From positions 32,597,003-32,637,147 of the forward strand of contig NC_068992.1 of NCBI RefSeq assembly GCF_001194135.2: a DNA stretch of 40,145 nt, in the 5' to 3' direction. This document shows positions 34,101 through 40,145 of this stretch, piece by piece. The notes under the pieces were generated by a model. It saw only the letters and a program-made list of their open reading frames with translations. It made no database searches and was not told the origin of the DNA. Each line of letters begins with the position of its first letter. Within the stretch, counting starts at the first letter, position 1. The position numbers and the translations under genes are program-made. This stretch comes from Octopus bimaculoides (lineage: Eukaryota).

Positions 34101-35742
34101 GATGCCAAACGTTTATGGAAAAATACAAGGATGCATTGTGTGATAACAGCAAAAGGAAAAACTGCATAGGAAAACCAACAGAATTCCTTTACAATGAAGT
34201 CCTGCTTTCCATCAAAGTAAGAGTGACTAGAGAAGAAGTCATATTGGCAAATCTTACTCTTCCAGAGCCAGATTTTGAAAGTGAACTAGATGTTCTGCCT
34301 ATGATACTGCAGAAAGAGCTCAATGTTGATAAAGCTGCTCTCTATGACTGTGTTTTCGAGATGTATCCAACACTAAATTATGTATTTGAAGTATGTATTT
34401 GACCAAGCTGTTGGATCAGTTATAAACAAGGAGGGAAAAATATTGCTTGAACGCGAGTGGTAGCTCTGGAAAACTTACACAATCAATCTGATTCTCACTG
34501 AAGTTCGGTCACAAGGTCATATTGTTGTTGACATTTCAGTTTCCGGAATTGCAGCCACCCTGCTGGAAAATGGGGGAACTTTGTACTCCAGATGCAGTAT
34601 TCCACTGAGAATTGCAGAGGAATTTATGTGCCATATGAAAATAAGTGAATATGTGGTAAACGTTTCCAAAAGCAAGGCAACTGGTTATTGACGAGGTTAC
34701 AATGGGCCATAAGCATATCTATGAATGTGTTGATCGCAGTCTCAGAGAAGTTAGACAAGAACCAGTGAAGCTGTTTGGTAGTCTGACTGTTTTGTTTTCA
34801 CGGGACTGGAAGCAGATCCTGCCTGTGGTACAAAGAAGTTCCAGAGTCCAGATTGCTCAAGTCACATTAAGACAGTCATACATTTGGAAGGTTGTTCAAA
34901 GCCTGAAGTTGTCTGTCAATATGAGAGTCCAAAATTCTTGTGGTGATGACACTGCTTTCGCATCTTATCTGACCAGCTGTGGAATGGAACATTTCATATT
35001 AATCAAGAAATTGGTGAATACAAAATATCTATTCTTCCACCACATTTGATGGACTCAATAAGGCTACAGGACCTTTGTGAAGTAGTCTTCAGGGGTATTA
35101 ATGAGAAATATAGAAAGGGACAATGAATGAGCAGCAGGGCCATCGTTACTCCTACAAACAAGTTTGCTGAAGACGTTAATAAAGTTGTCAAGTCAAAACT
35201 TCTACAGGGCGATAGTAGAACTTATCGAAGTTGTGACACTTTACACGAAAATGAGACTGATCAATGATATCAATCCATGAGGATTTCTACCACACATTTT
35301 GGTTATGAAGAAGCACTCTTCCATTATGCTGCTCAGAAACCTTGATCCAGCAGTAGGTCATTGCAGCGGAATGAGATATTTAGTCTTGAATCTGCACAAC
35401 CACCTTATTGAAGCAGATGTGGCCAATGGGACACATGCTGAAATCCGAATAATGATACCACGAATTCCACTGATCACCACTGAAGACTACCCGTTCTTAT
35501 TTTCCAGGAAGCTGTTTCCTGTAAAACTAGCTTTTGGAATAACACCAAACCTATTTCAGGGCCAGACCTTAGAAAAAGGTGGAATTTACCTGCCAACACC
35601 TGTGTTTAGCCATGACCAGTTCTGAGTTGCCAACAGCAGGGTTGGTTCTGGGAACAACGTGCATATAATGGTTTTGGACTCAGAGTATAAAGGTATTAAA
35701 GGAATCTACACTGACAACGTTGTCTATAAGGAAATTCTTTAA
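31187..35742 (+). pseudogene. Helitron RepHel (HUH Rep plus PIF1-type SF1B helicase), multiply disrupted
   Basis: CPDCKAYFW..CCGKGK; GKPD..ITMTTN..WTEI..DRPDIAARVF; VPYNP..YNCHLNVE..KYLLKYLTKG; Walker A relic LNASGSSGK; IDEVTMG; DWKQILPVV; LSVNMRV; IMLLRNLDP; FPVKLAF..T..QGQTL; VFSHDQ; ends NVVYKEIL* at 35742. Confidence 0.92.
31337..31610 (+). repeat. ~69-bp minisatellite (4 units) in Helitron ORF N-terminal region
   Basis: GCAATGGAAA at 31345, 31413, 31482 and 31544; each unit also carries AGCACGGA/GGCACGGA and AATCGG-like motifs. Confidence 0.85.
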
Positions 35743-35801
35743 ACGATTAAAGCTTCACTCTTTTTATTTTCAAACTACAAGCAGGGGTTTTGACATGAAC
35801 A

Positions 35802-35839
35802 AGCTGAATCGACCGCCCGTAGGGCAGGTATTCAGCTAG
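35802..35839 (+). terminator. Helitron 3' hairpin and CTAG end (rolling-circle termination signal)
   Basis: AGCTGAAT-CG-ACCGCCC-GTA-GGGCAGGT-ATTCAGCT-AG|T. Confidence 0.85.
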
Positions 35840-38490
35840 TCTTTATAAATTAGCCACAGGCAGTTTATTGACTAAAGCAACTGCTTGCAATGCATCAATA
35901 CCAACTTGATAAATGATATAGGGTTATCCAGCTAAGTATCTAGAACTGAACTTCAAGGACATGTTTTAATATAGAAGAAAGAGTTATATAAATATTACGA
36001 GAGTGCTAAAAACATTTCTAGATAATAGATATTTCTTAAAACTTACCAGAAACGTTAACATTTCTCGAGAAAATTCTGTTTCCTCCAGAGCAATAAATCT
36101 ATTGGAAATGTTTTGCAAAATAGATATATACCGAAATACTATGATTGAGGTCACAAAAGCAAGGTTTGTAGATAATTATAGACATATCCTTCTGATTTTC
36201 ATACATATTTTGGACATTTGTAAAACTTATATATCTTACAATGCCAAAAAAAAAAATAATAAACACTCATAAAGTGTTATTGCTTATATTTTTTCCCTTA
36301 TCATCAACTTAACACAGTTGTAAAATATTTCTCATTCTTTTTACGATGTATAACCATTATGAAGTTCAGTTTGGCAGTTTTCTATATAGCAGATTATTCC
36401 ATTCTTAATAGCGACTTTAGGGTACTACCATTTGTTCGTACGTTGTACGTACACACACACACATATATACATACATGCATGTATGTATGTATATATATAA
36501 ATGTGTGCGTGTGTGCGTGTGTGTGTGTGCTTGCGCGTGCGTATGTGTGTATATGTATACATGTATGTATGTATATATGTATGCATGCATGTATGTGTGT
36601 ACACTTTGCGAAAGGTATTTGATAATATACTTGGTAAATTAATAAAATAACTCTAATCTAGCAAGAAAAGTAATAATAGTAATAATAATTTGTGAACGTG
36701 TTCTCGATAAGCTTTCTTATAAAACTGTTCATTGAATCCACTTTCAATACAGAATACTAGCTTTTGAAGTAGATAATTTTTTATTGTATGTTGAAACCTA
36801 CCATAAAATGTTATCGATGTCTTTACAACCCAAATAACACGAAGTTCCATCAGTTAAAAATATTTTATTGAATTTGAGTGCGTAGTCATTTAATACATAG
36901 AATATTAATGTTATGGATTTCGCATTCAAATACCTTCTTATTGCTTCTATCTTGCGCAGTAATTCTTCTGGATAACAGAGCTAGTAGTAAAACATCTATT
37001 TCATCTGGATCATTAAAGAAACGAAACATTTCCTACTATATGTCCTCAGCTCATCAACATCGACTCGAATTATACTAATTAACTCACGTAAATAACTTGC
37101 ACATACTATTACGATGGAAAAATCGCCATCAAAAATTATACAGTGATTCTAAATCCGTACTGCCTTCAGTGGAGATGATGAGATCTACTCAACTCTTAAG
37201 AATGAACTATTATTGTTTTTAAATCGTACATGTAATACATATATGGAAATAGATTCCATTGGCGTAATGCTATGGAACTGCGTGTGCATTTATCTAGCTT
37301 CCCTATATGCTATTCTGCAAATGTTCCGGAGTAAACAGTAGTGTGTTAAACTTTGCAGAAAAGTAAATATGATAACCTGAGAAATGCATAAGTAAATAGA
37401 TGGGTTGGCGAGATACTGCAGAAATGTTTCCGAAATATCAAATCCTGCAGTAAATACCTCAAATACAAATGACATCCTCATTAAATATGACCAGACTATC
37501 GATACCAATATTGGAGGAAAACACTTATCAAGAATCAAAATAAATATGATTTGATATTCTATTTTAATTCTAATTTGAAGAGAGGAGGATTGATATTTGT
37601 GGCATGCATGTTTTCCTTAATGCCGTAAATGATTTGTATTAGAGCGTTCAATTAAAAGTGGTTAACGAAATGGAAGCTAGTTGTGTTAAAAAGGTTATGA
37701 TTTTAGATCGAACAATATTAACTAACTCATTGTTTTAATGAGATTTAAGAGGCTTCCACCGACGAATGGACTTTAAATTTTAGATGAAGACGATGATGAG
37801 TATGATAAAGAGAATAAGGTTTATAACTATAATTTTACTCGTGAAATATATAAGTATAATGGCATGAGAAAAGCCATCGATATAAATCTAAAGTATAGAA
37901 GAATGCCATATACTTTTAAAGTTGTCAAAATGTAAGGATTTAGATTTTATTAAATACAGTCACCGACGTTACTCTTCTCAAAATTTACATGTGTATTGTT
38001 TTCAAGTTTCCCCAACGTTCTAGTAAAAACTGCTTCTAAATCTATTTGCAAATGACAAAACGTACAGGACAAATACATTTGGATTATTTAGATTGTCAAG
38101 TTACATGTTAAACAGAATAACCGGGAAATATGTCAATTCAAGCAAGAAATCAGCATAAAAATGAAGACAGGAAAATAAAGGAAAAATACATTGAGAAATT
38201 AAAACAAAGGCACCGAGCCTGACAGATGATTGACAAATATCGTTTGAAGAAAAGGATGTCTCCATTTGTTATATTTAGAATTTAATTTAAAGTTTATCGA
38301 AACGTGTTTAAAATAAGATATTCCATAATTAGAATAAATATAATTGCTTCAATCATACAATTGAGAATTATGACATCTTTAAATGTTTCCATATTTGAAT
38401 ATGGTGTTGAAAACCATGGTTGCTATAGAAATATATATCACTGTGACATTTGGTGTAACTTCCACATGCAGCAGTGTGAGTAACAGCAGT

Positions 38491-38563
<73 letters not shown>

Positions 38564-38582
38564 CAGCAGCAGCAGCAGTAGC

Positions 38583-38633
<51 letters not shown>
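38491..38633. repeat. (GTA)n microsatellite with (GCA) interruption
   Basis: Direct inspection; source of the poly-V and poly-L ORFs. Confidence 0.95.
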
Positions 38634-38635
<2 letters not shown>

Positions 38636-39848
38636 AAGAGCGGGCTGCAACAACAACTTTAACAGCAGCAACAACAGCAACTTACTTTTCCCCAAATCAT
38701 TTCTGACTAAACCAACCGGTCTTCCTCACCACTCACACATTTTCGTGTATCTACGAAATAGTTTTAGAGTCTTTTCACTCTTTAACAGCATAGTTTTAAC
38801 TCACTGTAAATTGTAGTTATTCCTGTCATCAACGATTATTCCAGACAGCCACGGTCATTTCAAATGCACTGGCTCATATGTAGAAACAAAGATACTAAAA
38901 GGGAAGAAAATTTTATATTTTAATCAAGACATGAGTCACTTATAAATATTTTGTAATTTTGAAGAAATATGAATTGCAAAAGCACATTAGATTAATACTC
39001 ACATATCTAGAACAGTATTGATCTTCCACATGCAAATATATTAGACAAATATAGGCTAGGCCGTCAGAATAATCTTTCGCAATGCCATTTTGGCCAGATA
39101 CATAACTTCTTTAGTTACTTTGTCTGAACTTACTTCGTCTCATCTTTTACTCGTCTGAGCTGTTACTCGTTTGAAATACTAAACATTCACCTAACAACTG
39201 TCTTCAAACACAACCAGTGCATTCCAAACGCTACCCATATATTTACATATTGCATTATTGATAAACACCTATGATCATTTTTGTTCCCCCGAAAGCTTTG
39301 ACAGTTATTCTGCACTATGAAACACTTATGTCGCTTCGTTAACCTACTTGCACTTATTGCTTATCAATTGGGCTTACTTTGTTACTATTGTCTTCTTTGA
39401 ATGTAATATGCATTGTCTATTTCAGCCGTATTAAGATTACAAATGTTATACAGCTATACATATACCACGCATTATTATATTTTTCGAATATAGGGTGTCC
39501 ATTTTTCACTAGCTATACCAATCGCTGTCCTTTTATACCGTAATTAAATATATATTTCAAGTTCGTGGTACATGATTTAAGAAATACATTTTTGCAACCA
39601 GATAATTGAAAACGCCTAAAGAGCTTACTACTACTGAAAAGGATTGTCCCTGCCAATAAAAAAGGCATGTGACAGATGTGATAGAAAATTGTTAACTGTC
39701 ACCATGTAATTCTGCAATCATTGGATTAAATGTCGCAGAAGCGGACAAGAGAAATATTTGTAACGGCTCAAGAGACATTAGGGAAACTCGCTGGAGATAT
39801 GCATTGATGTGATAAATGTCTAGAAGTGTTTAGTCAAATGGATTACCC

Positions 39849-39965
39849 AAAGTACTTATTTTCCCTTGTTTAAGCCTGGTACATTATTCGGTCAGTTTCC
39901 TTTGACGAACCGCTACGTTATGTGGACGTAAAAAAATCAACACTGGTTTCGAAGCAATGGTGTAG
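39849..39965 (-). mobile_element. Diverged SINE fragment
   Basis: AAGTACTTATT..AAGCCTGGTAC..TTTGACGAACCGCTACGTTATGTGGACGTAAA; colinear with 26715-26810. Confidence 0.6.
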
Positions 39966-40105
39966 AACGAATAAAAACATAAAGAAAGACATATGTACTC
40001 ATATATGCATAGATGCACACCAGTACACATAAACAAGTACGTAGGCACATACACATTTATACATAAATACATATATACACACTCACACACACACACACAC
40101 ACACG

Positions 40106-40145
<40 letters not shown>

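Larger units (their letters stand above)
31187..35839 (+). mobile_element. Decayed autonomous-type Helitron (5' end not resolved, lies upstream of 31187)
   Basis: Rep/helicase relics throughout, a 3' subterminal hairpin, and a terminal CTAG (35836-35839) followed by T. Confidence 0.92.

Noticed and set aside
37290-37538. Hydrophobic minus ORF with NPSIY, reminiscent of GPCR TM7
   Set aside because: A single short motif; no other rhodopsin-family motifs in adjacent frames.

Overview
AT-rich, microsatellite-dense eukaryotic DNA with several assembly gaps (1222-1347, 2581-2590, 11936-12034, 13222-13794, 19668-19677, 27642-28625, 30318-30424). The SINE-like repeats resemble, from recollection, those of octopus/cephalopod genomes. 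I can support no intact host gene; most ORFs in the track are microsatellite or N-gap artefacts. The window is mostly decayed transposons: a Penelope-like (GIY-YIG) element between ~1-1.4 kb inverted arms (6967-11564), an R4/Dong-like 3' fragment in (TAA)n, a DD37D/maT relic, a mariner with an internal inversion, a short MITE-like element, several SINEs and a near full-length decayed Helitron (~31.2-35.8 kb). The most interesting signal is non-coding: two sequence-unrelated ~410-460 bp repeat families, each monomer carrying a type I hammerhead ribozyme motif. Family A has copies at 3054-3129(-), 3149-3233, 3568-3643 and 6060-6135; family B at 12112-12181, 12568-12638 and 13030-13100. Both show a 41-43 nt stem II domain and a palindromic, loop-less stem III (consensus ACTCGAGT / ACCATGGT) that implies dimeric folding. 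They look like retrozyme or satellite-2-type RNA elements. Weaker hammerhead relics occur in the Penelope arms and beside the 13.8 kb gap. Folds were assigned by eye, and catalytic activity is untested.
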